Shown: piece after piece, positions 50,949-59,619 of the stretch
Layout: each line of letters opens with the position of its first letter
Numbering within the stretch: the stretch's first letter is position 1
Assembly: GCA_024653325.1 (NCBI GenBank)
Contig: JANLFX010000001.1
Coordinates: 10,228 to 74,227, forward strand
DNA: 64,000 bases
Direction: 5' to 3'
Source: Anaerolineae bacterium
GTDB taxonomy: Bacteria; Chloroflexota; Anaerolineae; JACIWR01
Notes under the pieces: model-generated
What the model saw: the letters and a program-made list of their open reading frames with translations, nothing else
The model's database searches: none
Told to the model about the DNA's origin: nothing
Translations under genes and position numbers: made by a program

Positions 50949-52559
50949 ATGAGTTACACAGCGGAGATGCGGGAATCCATAAAAAGAGTAGAGGCTACCC
51001 GGCCTGCACGTCTTTCGGAAACGTGGCCGATGATGAGCCCCGCCGAGAAAAAGGAAATCCTGGAAAAATTCCATCCCGACTACATCCGCGAGGGGATGCG
51101 CGAGATCCGCGTCGGGGTGAGCAAGGGCCAGCGTATGCCGCTGGAATTGGCTGAGGTGATGGAAGGGCACAGCCATTTGCGCTCCGATAGCCTGGATTTG
51201 GAGCAGATTGACTACGACACCGACGTGCTGGTCATCGGCGGGGGCGGGGCGGGGGCCTCGGCGGCCATATTGGCCCGCGAGAACGGGGCGAAAGTCGTTT
51301 TGACCACCAAGTTGCGCTTTGGTGACGCCAATACCATGATGGCTCAGGGGGGCATCCAGGCCGCGGATAAGCCCAACGACTCGCCAGCCATCCATTATCT
51401 GGACGTGATGGGCGGCGGGCATTTCGCCAATGTGCCGGAATTGGTGGAGGCGTTAGTCAAAGACGCACCGCTGGTGATCAAATGGCTGGAAGATCTGGGT
51501 TGCATGTTCGACAAGGAGCCCGACGGCACGCTGGTCACCATCCACGGCGGTGGCACTTCTCGAAAACGGATGCACTCCGCCCGCGATTATTCCGGGGCAG
51601 AGATCATGCGCACCCTGCGCGACGAGGTGCGTAGCTATCCCGAGGACATCGTTGTCCTGGAGTTCTCTCCGGCCATCGAGCTCATCCTGGACGATAAGGG
51701 CCAGTGTGCTGGCGCGGTGCTCAAGAATCTGGAGACTGGTGAGCATTTGATAGTCCGGGCCAAATGCACGATTGTAGCCACCGGCGGCAGTGGACGGCTT
51801 CACTATCAGGGTTATCCCACCACCAACCACTACGGGGCGACCGGTGATGGCGTTGTGCTGTGCTACCGGGTGGGGGCGAGGCTAGCCTTTTTGGACACGA
51901 TGCAGTATCATCCTACTGGCGCAGCCTATCCGGAGCAAATCTTGGGCCTTTTGGTGACGGAGAAAGTGCGTGGGTTGGGCGCGCAGGTGTGCAATGTGGA
52001 GGGCAAACAGTTTGTCAATCCTCGGGAGACACGCGACGTAGAGGCCTCCGCTTTCATTCGGGAGTGTGTGGAGCGAGGCAAAGGCGTGCGCACGCCATCA
52101 GGGATGCAGGGGGTGTGGCTGGATTCGCCGATGATTGACATCATACATGGGCCGGGCACTATTGAGGCTGAGCTGCCGGCCATGGTTCGCCAATTTGGCC
52201 GCTTTGGTATTGACATAACTAAAGAGCCTATGTTGGTTTATCCTACTCTGCACTACCAAAATGGCGGTATCGCCTTGGATGTGCATGGTCGGACCAATGT
52301 TCCCAATTTATTCGTCGCCGGGGAAATCTCTGGCGGGGTGCACGGCCGCAATCGTTTGATGGGTAACTCTTTGCTGGAGATCACGGTATTCGGACGACGG
52401 GCAGGGCGGGCGGCTGCTTTGCAAGCCAAAGAGGTCAGTTTGGGTAAGCTCACCCTGGCCCACCTGGACAAATGGGAGCGCGAGCTGAAAGAAGCGGGGG
52501 TGGAACCCAAAATCGTCTCCCCCATTCTCTTGCCGGACTATACCCGCAAGGTGCGTTGA
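50949..52559 (+). CDS. Succinate dehydrogenase/fumarate reductase flavoprotein subunit
   Basis: FAD motif VLVIGGGGAGASAAILARENGAKV, plus MAQGGIQAA, VAGEISGGVHGRNRLMGNSLLE and an HPT-loop region. Confidence 0.85.
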   Translation: MSYTAEMRESIKRVEATRPARLSETWPMMSPAEKKEILEKFHPDYIREGMREIRVGVSKGQRMPLELAEVMEGHSHLRSDSLDLEQIDYDTDVLVIGGGGAGASAAILARENGAKVVLTTKLRFGDANTMMAQGGIQAADKPNDSPAIHYLDVMGGGHFANVPELVEALVKDAPLVIKWLEDLGCMFDKEPDGTLVTIHGGGTSRKRMHSARDYSGAEIMRTLRDEVRSYPEDIVVLEFSPAIELILDDKGQCAGAVLKNLETGEHLIVRAKCTIVATGGSGRLHYQGYPTTNHYGATGDGVVLCYRVGARLAFLDTMQYHPTGAAYPEQILGLLVTEKVRGLGAQVCNVEGKQFVNPRETRDVEASAFIRECVERGKGVRTPSGMQGVWLDSPMIDIIHGPGTIEAELPAMVRQFGRFGIDITKEPMLVYPTLHYQNGGIALDVHGRTNVPNLFVAGEISGGVHGRNRLMGNSLLEITVFGRRAGRAAALQAKEVSLGKLTLAHLDKWERELKEAGVEPKIVSPILLPDYTRKVR

Positions 52560-52586
52560 ATGCAACTGGATCTCGTTTAATGTAAC

Positions 52587-52602
52587 GCGGCATTCATGCC
52601 GC
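52587..52602. terminator. Bidirectional hairpin GCGGCATTCATGCCGC between convergent frdA and flavodoxin genes
   Basis: Perfect 16-bp palindrome that overlaps the flavodoxin stop codon. Confidence 0.45.
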
Positions 52603-53124
52603 TATAGTTCCTTCTTCAGCCTTCAGCGTATCAGCAATGGCCGCGGCCCAAGAGTTGATGGCTTCCCAGTCACGGAAGTCGCCGACCGGTGCTTTGATGC
52701 CCTTGACGAGCAGCTTCTCGGTTAGGCTGAGTTTCTTTGTATCCAACATGCCGTGGAATAAGGCGACGTCACGGGGGCGGATGCGGTCGGCGACGGGCTG
52801 TTGCGCCTCGGGGAAGCGCCAGCCTTTCACCAATTGTACCGCATCCCCCTCGCCCGTAGGTCCGCTGGAAAAGAGCCATACCAGCCGCTCGGCCAGTTTC
52901 TTCTCGTTAGCCTCCAGAAATTTTGCCGCCTCCTTACGCCATTGGCCTACGTAGACCGCGCTACCCAGCACCACCGCCTTGTACGGGCTCAGGTCGCCGA
53001 CACGATCCACCGGCAGCACGTCGGCATGGAAACCCGCCTCACGAAGCACCTGACCGATCTTTTCGGCAATCTCCGCCGTCGCACCATACTTGGTGGCGTA
53101 GGCCACCAGAACCTGAACGTCCAT
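52594..53124 (-). CDS. Flavodoxin
   Basis: ATG 53122-53124 is preceded by AAGGAGGAG with a 6-nt spacer. The track start at 53145 lies upstream of that SD. N-terminal FMN-binding motif VLVAYATKYGATAEIAEKI. Confidence 0.8.
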   Translation of the reverse strand: MDVQVLVAYATKYGATAEIAEKIGQVLREAGFHADVLPVDRVGDLSPYKAVVLGSAVYVGQWRKEAAKFLEANEKKLAERLVWLFSSGPTGEGDAVQLVKGWRFPEAQQPVADRIRPRDVALFHGMLDTKKLSLTEKLLVKGIKAPVGDFRDWEAINSWAAAIADTLKAEEGTIAA

Positions 53125-53260
53125 TTGATTCTCCTCCTTATGCATCTACAAAAGTCTTCGCTTTCTCACCCTTTATGCGCCTGTTTTATCCTCTCGTCAA
53201 TGCAGGGGGCGCATTTCACATGCTCCACGTCATACTCGGCGAGCAACTGCCCGAACCTGG

Positions 53261-54613
53261 TCAGGGTGTCCTCTTGGTAGCGGCGTCGGTGATCTCCAAC
53301 GCTTGGTCAATAATGGTCAGGCCTTCTTTGAGCTGCGCCTCGGTGATGCACAACGGCGGCACGACGAAAATCCAGTTCCAGCGGACGAAGGTGTAAAGCC
53401 CATTGTCGCGCAGGAATTTGGACACCTCGGCCATGGCCCCCATCTCTGAGGGCCTGGCGTTCCAGGGAGCCATCGGCTCCTTGGTCTCTTTGTCCTTGAC
53501 CACCTCGATCACCGAGAACAGACCAATGTAGCGCACGTCGCCCACCGAAGGATGCCTGGCCTTCATGGCCTCCAGTTCTTCGCCTAACACCCGGCCCATG
53601 GCTCTGGCATTCTCAATCAGCCCGTCCTCTTTGTAGACATTGATGGTGGCTATAGCGGTGGCGCAGGCCAGAGCGTGACCGCTATAGGTCAGTCCCAGGG
53701 GCAACATCCGCTCCTCGAAATAATCGGCGATGTCCTGGGAGACGACTACCGCTCCCAGTGGCACGTAGGCCGAGGTCAGGCCCTTGGCCATGGTCATGAT
53801 GTCAGGCACGACCCCCCAATGGTCAATGCCGAACCACTCCCCGGTACGCCCGAAGCCGCTCATCACCTCGTCGTCCACCAACAGGATGCCGTACTTGTCG
53901 GCGATCTCGCGCATACGTGGCCAGTACTCGTCGGGATAAATCATGATGCCGCTGGAACCGGTGACGCCCTCCAAAAAGATGGCGGCCACGTTCTCCGGCC
54001 CTTCGAACTGGATGACCTGCTCCACGTGGTCAATGCACTCCCGGTGACAGGTCTCCAGCGTCCAGCCAAAGGGGCAGCGGTAACAATAAGGGTCCATCAC
54101 GTGGATAACGCCGGGGATGGCCGGTTCCACCGGCAGCCGGCGCGGATCGCCCGACAGGGCAATCGCCCCATAGGTCGCCCCATGATAAGACCGATAGCGG
54201 GCGATGATCTTGTGGCGTCCGGTGTACAGGCGAGCCAGCTTGATGGCGTTGTCATTCGCCTCGGCCCCACCCAGCACGAAGAAGCTCTTCTTCAGGTTGC
54301 CCGGCGTGATCTCGGCCAGTAACCGCCCCAGTTCGCCCTTCACATCGGTAGCCATACCCGGATAAACATAGCACAACCTGTCAGCCTGGTCTTTGATGGC
54401 CTGCACGATTCTGGGATGCTGATGTCCGGCGTTGACGTTCATGAGCTGAGAAGCGAAATCAATGTAGCGTTTGCCGTCCACGTCCCAGAAATAAACCCCC
54501 TTGGCCCGCTCTACGGGGATGGGGTTGACCGCTGCCTGCACCGACCAGGAAAAAAAGACATACTCCCGGTTCAGAGCGACGATCTCTGCGGCACTCAGTT
54601 TAGTGGAATGCAT
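53261..54613 (-). CDS. Class III pyridoxal-phosphate aminotransferase (omega-aminotransferase family)
   Basis: 450 aa with motifs GHQHPRIVQAIKDQ and DEVMSGFGRTGEWFG, and the PLP-lysine region MTMAKGLTSAYVPLGAV. Confidence 0.8.
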   Translation of the reverse strand: MHSTKLSAAEIVALNREYVFFSWSVQAAVNPIPVERAKGVYFWDVDGKRYIDFASQLMNVNAGHQHPRIVQAIKDQADRLCYVYPGMATDVKGELGRLLAEITPGNLKKSFFVLGGAEANDNAIKLARLYTGRHKIIARYRSYHGATYGAIALSGDPRRLPVEPAIPGVIHVMDPYCYRCPFGWTLETCHRECIDHVEQVIQFEGPENVAAIFLEGVTGSSGIMIYPDEYWPRMREIADKYGILLVDDEVMSGFGRTGEWFGIDHWGVVPDIMTMAKGLTSAYVPLGAVVVSQDIADYFEERMLPLGLTYSGHALACATAIATINVYKEDGLIENARAMGRVLGEELEAMKARHPSVGDVRYIGLFSVIEVVKDKETKEPMAPWNARPSEMGAMAEVSKFLRDNGLYTFVRWNWIFVVPPLCITEAQLKEGLTIIDQALEITDAATKRTP

Positions 54614-54782
54614 GGGTATACCTCCTCAACTCTTTGATTGGGCGTCTCACGCAAAGGCGCAAAGAACGCTAAGGGTGGGAAAATGGCTTGTCGGCTGGGA
54701 CCATCGCGGTTTTTCTGCGTTTTCTTGGCGAACGTTCGGCTGAGCGCTCACGTCGAAGCCTTGGCGGCTTGGCGTGTGCCTC

Positions 54783-55679
54783 TCAAGGGCCTGGCGCTTG
54801 AGAAACGCCGGGCACTTCAGGGGAATTCAGCCAGAGGAAACCGGCCAGGGTATCCGCGCCGGAGGTGGCCCCGTGGACCAGTACGCCCTGCACGGCGACG
54901 ACAAGCTCGTTCTCTGTCCCTGCCGCCAGCGCGGAAAGCAGGCGATGCCAGGCCGCGCTGCATTCGCCCCTGGCAGCGGCCCGTAAAAAGGCGGCGGAGA
55001 GGGTCGTGGTGCGCGGAGCAGCCACCTCTGCTATAACCCGACAGATAACGGGAGGATCGGGATGGGCCAGCCAGGCCCAGAGCATCACGCCCACCAGGAA
55101 GTCGTCGCCAGCAGGGGTCAGGCCACCCCCTAGACCCGCCAATTGAGCCGCTCCTGCTTGCAACGCGGTCAGATCCTCCTGCCACCCGGCCCGCAGTGAC
55201 CCGGCGGCTTCGCGTATCTTGGCGTAGGACGAGATGGCAGCGTTCGACTGAGCGCTCACGCCGAAGTCTTGTCCTACAGCAGGGGCGTGGCGCAGAGCAA
55301 TGGTTCGCAGCCGGGGCAGGCGACTCTCAATGATAGCCCGCTGCGCCCGCAGCGTACTCCAGGCAGGGGAAGGCTCCCACACCTCAGCCCCTGCCAGGAT
55401 AACATCCAGCAGGGGCGACTGGTCGGTCACCCCTACTCGCAGGTGACCGCTATCCGTCCACACGGCCATGCCTGGGTCCAGTGCGGCAAAGCTGCCCGGC
55501 TCCGCTTCCACGACCACGCTTAGCGGCCCGTCACCGATTTGCGGGGTCACCAGGGCTACCACGTCGCCAGCGGGAGTCACCAGGTTGCAGGCGTGATCGA
55601 AAACAGCCAGCACGCGAGCAGTAAACGCTTGTTCCAGTAACCGTGCCCGCAGCAGACGGCTGATCGAAATAGCGTGCAT
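54783..55679 (-). CDS. Hypothetical protein (about 298 aa)
   Basis: ATG at 55677-55679 (MHAISISRL) is preferred over the track start at 55835, which would overlap the upstream gene. Gly/Ala-rich with GLTPAGDDFLVG and HGATSGADTLAGF segments. No confident family assignment. Confidence 0.5.
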   Translation of the reverse strand: MHAISISRLLRARLLEQAFTARVLAVFDHACNLVTPAGDVVALVTPQIGDGPLSVVVEAEPGSFAALDPGMAVWTDSGHLRVGVTDQSPLLDVILAGAEVWEPSPAWSTLRAQRAIIESRLPRLRTIALRHAPAVGQDFGVSAQSNAAISSYAKIREAAGSLRAGWQEDLTALQAGAAQLAGLGGGLTPAGDDFLVGVMLWAWLAHPDPPVICRVIAEVAAPRTTTLSAAFLRAAARGECSAAWHRLLSALAAGTENELVVAVQGVLVHGATSGADTLAGFLWLNSPEVPGVSQAPGP

Positions 55680-55720
55680 TGTCAACAGACCCTTGCACTT
55701 CGGCAACGGAACCAGGCCGT

Positions 55721-58700
55721 TCACCGCGGGATGCTGATTACCTGACCGGGTAAGATGAGCTTTGGATCCTCTATCTGGGGATTGGCCGCGGTCAGGTCCT
55801 CCAGGCTGACCCCAGCACACCGGCCGATGCACCACAGATTATCGCCGGGGGCAACAACGTAGGTCTCACCCACACATGCGCCGGCCGGAGAGGCACAGGC
55901 GTCGGCGGCCACCGTCGCACTGACCACAGCACTCGTCGTCGTCTCATCTCCCGCCAGGCGCACGGCGAACTGGTGACTGCCTGATTCCGGCACTAGGGCG
56001 AAATGCCACCGGCTGTCTGCACCAACCTGAGCTACGCCGATCACGTTTCCGTAGTCCAGAATCTCAACCTTAGCTCCTGGTTCTCCGCTGCCGGTCAACG
56101 TCACGCCGCCACTGGGCAACCGGGTTCCTTCAGATGGGAAATCCAGCGTCGGCGCGGTCACCGCGCGGACAACGGTCAATACGACCGGTTCGGAAGCCGC
56201 CACGACCTCGCCATTGGCGTTCAAGGCCTGGATGAGGATCACATGCTCACCTGGTTCGTCCAGCCGGGCAGTGAAAGTCCAACTGCCCTCGCTATCCACT
56301 TGAGCAAAGCCCACAATCTCATAGTCAATCATAATGCGAACAACGGAAGTCGGCTCACCGCTGCCAGCCAGTGTCACTTTCCCGCTGGGCACCTCTGCAC
56401 CGGCGACTGGTTGATTGAGAATAGGAGCCGTGATCTCAACTTCGGCTTCTTCCTGCTTAGGACGCCCTGGCCACAACGGCGCGAATTTCATCACCCGGTG
56501 ACCGGCCGTGTCGGTGACGTAGATGTTATCATCGGCGTCAATGGCGATGCCGGTGGGCAGGCCAAAGGAGCGGTCATCGAAGCCGTATTCCCCAAAGGTT
56601 GCCAGAATGTCGCCCTCCGCGGTGAAAACGAGCACCCGGTAGCCCTCCGGATCGGTGACGTACACCCGGCCCTGGCTATCCACAGCCAGGTAGGGTTTGT
56701 TGTTGAACCCCTGTCCGATCCAGCCGTGAATACCCCATTGGTTCAGAAAACGAAAGTTCTTGTCGAAAACTTCCACGCGCTGGTTCCAGGTATCAGCCAC
56801 GTAGAGGCGGCCTGCGCTATCCAGGGCCACTCCCACCGGCTCATCCATCTGTCCCTCCAGCGCACCAAACCCGCCGAATTGAGAGATGAACTGCCCATCA
56901 GCATCGAATACTTGAATGCGTTTGTTACCTGTGTCGGTCACATACACCTGGCCCAGCGAGTCCACGACAATGCCTCGTGGTCCCCAGAACTGGCTTTCCA
57001 GACCAGAGGCCAGGGTCGTCTGCCCAAACCTGCCCCACATCACCAGGAAATTGCCCTCGGCATCGAACTTCTGAACGCGGTGGTTCCAGGTATCGGCCAC
57101 GTAGACACTGCCGTCCGGCCCTACCGCCACCCCCCACGGCTGTTCGAACTGGCCGGCCTCATTGCCGTGCTCGCCCCACCGCTTGATAAAGGTGCCATCA
57201 GCAGAGAATTTCTGGACGCAGTGATTGGCAGAGTCCACCACGTATACCGCGCCATCGGGCGCGACGGCAATACCCCGGGGCTCACTGAACTGGCCAGGCC
57301 CACTCCCTTCCGCACCCCATACGGTCACCGCTTTCGCCTCGACCTTCTTGCCGGCATAGGGATCTTCTGGAAGTTGCGCGGCGGTGGTCGGCCCCACCCC
57401 GAAGTCCCACAATTGATTGGCCACGTCCTTGCGCACGTAGAAAGCGAAATCGTGGGCTGGCGACCAGTCGGCCAGCGATTGCTTATACTTGCGGTAGAAC
57501 AAGATGTCCCACCACTCCTGGCGCAGTTCCGGCTTCCGCAGGTGGTCGAGGATCACCCGTGGGGTCAGGGAAAAGTAATCCTGTATCGGCCACCAGATGA
57601 GATGCCCTTCGAAACGGTAGTAATTGTCCTTCAGGAAAGGCTCGGCTTTGCTCCACTCCTCGCGCCCAACGATAACCACCGGCGCATCCAATGCTTCTCT
57701 GGTTGGATTAGTGCCGAAGAAGACGCGATTGGGATAATCGCGCAGATACCACTCAAAGGGCCAGGTGGCATCCGAGGAATAAGCGATTTTGATTGAGTGA
57801 TCATCGCCCACCGTGCGCCGCGAGATCTCGGCGATCTCGTTCATCACCCGCTTGACATCCGGCCCGCCATGAGCGTAGACCAGCAATTCCTTGGCCGTGT
57901 CGTAGTTGATGAAGCTGGCCATATAGCTGAAACGCACGGTAAACAGCGAAAGCAGGACGAAGGCGGTGGCAAAGGTCACTTTCAGGGTATCCCTCCCGCC
58001 CATCCGTCGAGCATAATTCACGGCGATCAGCAATAAACCGATACCCACGGCCAGAGCCGCCAGCCATTGGGTTGTATCCCGCAGGTCCCAGATGGACATC
58101 CCACGGAAAGGTACTACAGTCAATAGGGTGATGACCGCGAACAGCACCAACACCAAGAGCAGCGAAAGCACCACGCCCCCGCGACGTACAATGTCCCGCC
58201 AGTCGGCCCGCTCCAACACATCGCCGATGAACCGCGCGGCCAGGATGATAAAGGGCTGCGCCAGATGCACGACCAGCCAGGGCATTTTCTCCCCGGCCCA
58301 AGAGTAGATCACCACCGCCGTAATCGTCCAGTAGACGGCAAAAGCCACGAAATAAGAAGACCCATTGCCCCCTGGCTCTTCAGCGTCTTCACTCGTCCGC
58401 GCCGCCCTTTTCACCCGTCCGGTAATCAGATAGTAGACCATGGCTCCCAGGCCGAAAAACAGGGGGGTGAATTCGTACATGGGCAGCAGCAGGCCATAGT
58501 AGAACCAGGGCTGCCCACCGCGTTTCACGTCCTGCTGGGCCAGCCAGTAACGCACGGCGTACACCGTGCCCGTATACAGTCCGCCCGGATTGGTCAGGAA
58601 GGTGGTGTACAGCAGGGTGAAGATGATAGACCCCAGGATGATGCAGGACACCAATGGCCACATCCGTACGGCGCGCAGCGCGGATAGCAATGGCCTGTGG

Positions 58701-59536
58701 TTGCCAGGTATGAGGGGCACAGACACCAGCGCCGCCAGGGAAACCCCTGCCATCAGAGCCAGCAGTGGAGCTACTTTCCTGGCCAAAGTCGGGCTGGCCG
58801 TTATGACGGCAGGCGAGGCCGGGGTACGCCCCAGCACCCAGGCCAGACCAACCAGCAGCAGGGTGAGCGCTGCCAGAACCAGATATAGCAGAGGGGCCCT
58901 TCGTTCACCCAGGAGCTCCCGCACAACAACCAGGGCTATGAAGGTGACAGCGATAAAGCCGAAAATAAAGGATGTTTCTTTGGTGCACAGGGAAAGCACA
59001 GTGGCTACTGTGCCCAGGTACAGCCAGCGGTTGTGCCGATCATCCATAAAGCGGAACAAGGCGATGACCATCAGCATGGCCCACACGGCCATGTAGATGT
59101 CATTGCGGATGTAGCGTGCGTAGTAGAGGATGGACGGCGAGATAAGAAGCATCACCGAGGCCACCAATGCTCCCAGACGCCCCAGTTCCTTGCGCAGAAG
59201 CAGGGGCAGCAGTACTAGCATCACCCCGAAGATGGCCGGCACGATGCGCGCCGTGTAATCGTTCACCCCGAACAGGAAGTAGATCAGGGCATTGGCATGG
59301 AACAGGAATGGCCCGTGCATCATCGGATTGTGGATGTAGCCCTCGCCCGCATAAAGCTTATACGAGTACAGAGCGTGCAGACTTTCATCGTGGCTGATGG
59401 TCCGCGCCCCCAGGTTCCAGAAACAGGCGACGATGGCCACCAGCACAATGATTGCGTAGGCTACGGTTTCCCAATTGAAGTTAAACCAGGAAGTCAATGG
59501 GGTATCGAGTAAATTTTTGTCAGTTGATTTCATCAT
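55721..59536 (-). CDS. Large envelope protein: N-terminal GT-C-fold (PMT/ArnT-like) polytopic domain, NHL-repeat beta-propeller, Ig-like domains and a C-terminal LysM
   Basis: ATG ATG at 59531-59536 after GAGAGTGAG. About 15 TM helices with a DE-containing first loop (ISHDESLH). NHL repeats (YVADTWNHRVQKFD and others). C-terminal LysM YVVAPGDNLWCIGRCAGVSLEDLTAANPQI. Confidence 0.7.
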   Translation of the reverse strand: MMKSTDKNLLDTPLTSWFNFNWETVAYAIIVLVAIVACFWNLGARTISHDESLHALYSYKLYAGEGYIHNPMMHGPFLFHANALIYFLFGVNDYTARIVPAIFGVMLVLLPLLLRKELGRLGALVASVMLLISPSILYYARYIRNDIYMAVWAMLMVIALFRFMDDRHNRWLYLGTVATVLSLCTKETSFIFGFIAVTFIALVVVRELLGERRAPLLYLVLAALTLLLVGLAWVLGRTPASPAVITASPTLARKVAPLLALMAGVSLAALVSVPLIPGNHRPLLSALRAVRMWPLVSCIILGSIIFTLLYTTFLTNPGGLYTGTVYAVRYWLAQQDVKRGGQPWFYYGLLLPMYEFTPLFFGLGAMVYYLITGRVKRAARTSEDAEEPGGNGSSYFVAFAVYWTITAVVIYSWAGEKMPWLVVHLAQPFIILAARFIGDVLERADWRDIVRRGGVVLSLLLVLVLFAVITLLTVVPFRGMSIWDLRDTTQWLAALAVGIGLLLIAVNYARRMGGRDTLKVTFATAFVLLSLFTVRFSYMASFINYDTAKELLVYAHGGPDVKRVMNEIAEISRRTVGDDHSIKIAYSSDATWPFEWYLRDYPNRVFFGTNPTREALDAPVVIVGREEWSKAEPFLKDNYYRFEGHLIWWPIQDYFSLTPRVILDHLRKPELRQEWWDILFYRKYKQSLADWSPAHDFAFYVRKDVANQLWDFGVGPTTAAQLPEDPYAGKKVEAKAVTVWGAEGSGPGQFSEPRGIAVAPDGAVYVVDSANHCVQKFSADGTFIKRWGEHGNEAGQFEQPWGVAVGPDGSVYVADTWNHRVQKFDAEGNFLVMWGRFGQTTLASGLESQFWGPRGIVVDSLGQVYVTDTGNKRIQVFDADGQFISQFGGFGALEGQMDEPVGVALDSAGRLYVADTWNQRVEVFDKNFRFLNQWGIHGWIGQGFNNKPYLAVDSQGRVYVTDPEGYRVLVFTAEGDILATFGEYGFDDRSFGLPTGIAIDADDNIYVTDTAGHRVMKFAPLWPGRPKQEEAEVEITAPILNQPVAGAEVPSGKVTLAGSGEPTSVVRIMIDYEIVGFAQVDSEGSWTFTARLDEPGEHVILIQALNANGEVVAASEPVVLTVVRAVTAPTLDFPSEGTRLPSGGVTLTGSGEPGAKVEILDYGNVIGVAQVGADSRWHFALVPESGSHQFAVRLAGDETTTSAVVSATVAADACASPAGACVGETYVVAPGDNLWCIGRCAGVSLEDLTAANPQIEDPKLILPGQVISIPR

Positions 59537-59552
59537 GGGATGCTCACTCTCA

Positions 59553-59584
59553 GCAAATCGGCAAATCGGCAAATCGGCAAATCG
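59553..59584. repeat. Tandem 8-mer (GCAAATCG) x4 between the two GT-C genes
   Basis: Perfect direct repeats. The unit is related to the CAAATCAG array at 16274-16328. Confidence 0.85.
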
Positions 59585-59619
59585 CAAGTGGGCAAACACG
59601 CATCTGTCAACTAACCAGG

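Noticed and set aside
54783-55835. Longer 350-aa version of the hypothetical protein
   Set aside because: The extra 52 N-terminal residues are low-complexity and would overlap the 3-prime end of the upstream same-strand gene by more than 100 nt. The internal ATG at 55679 gives a clean 41-nt intergenic gap.
56003-57796. 597-aa plus-strand ORF
   Set aside because: It is antisense to the NHL-repeat region of the large envelope protein, whose NHL and LysM motifs are clear on the minus strand.
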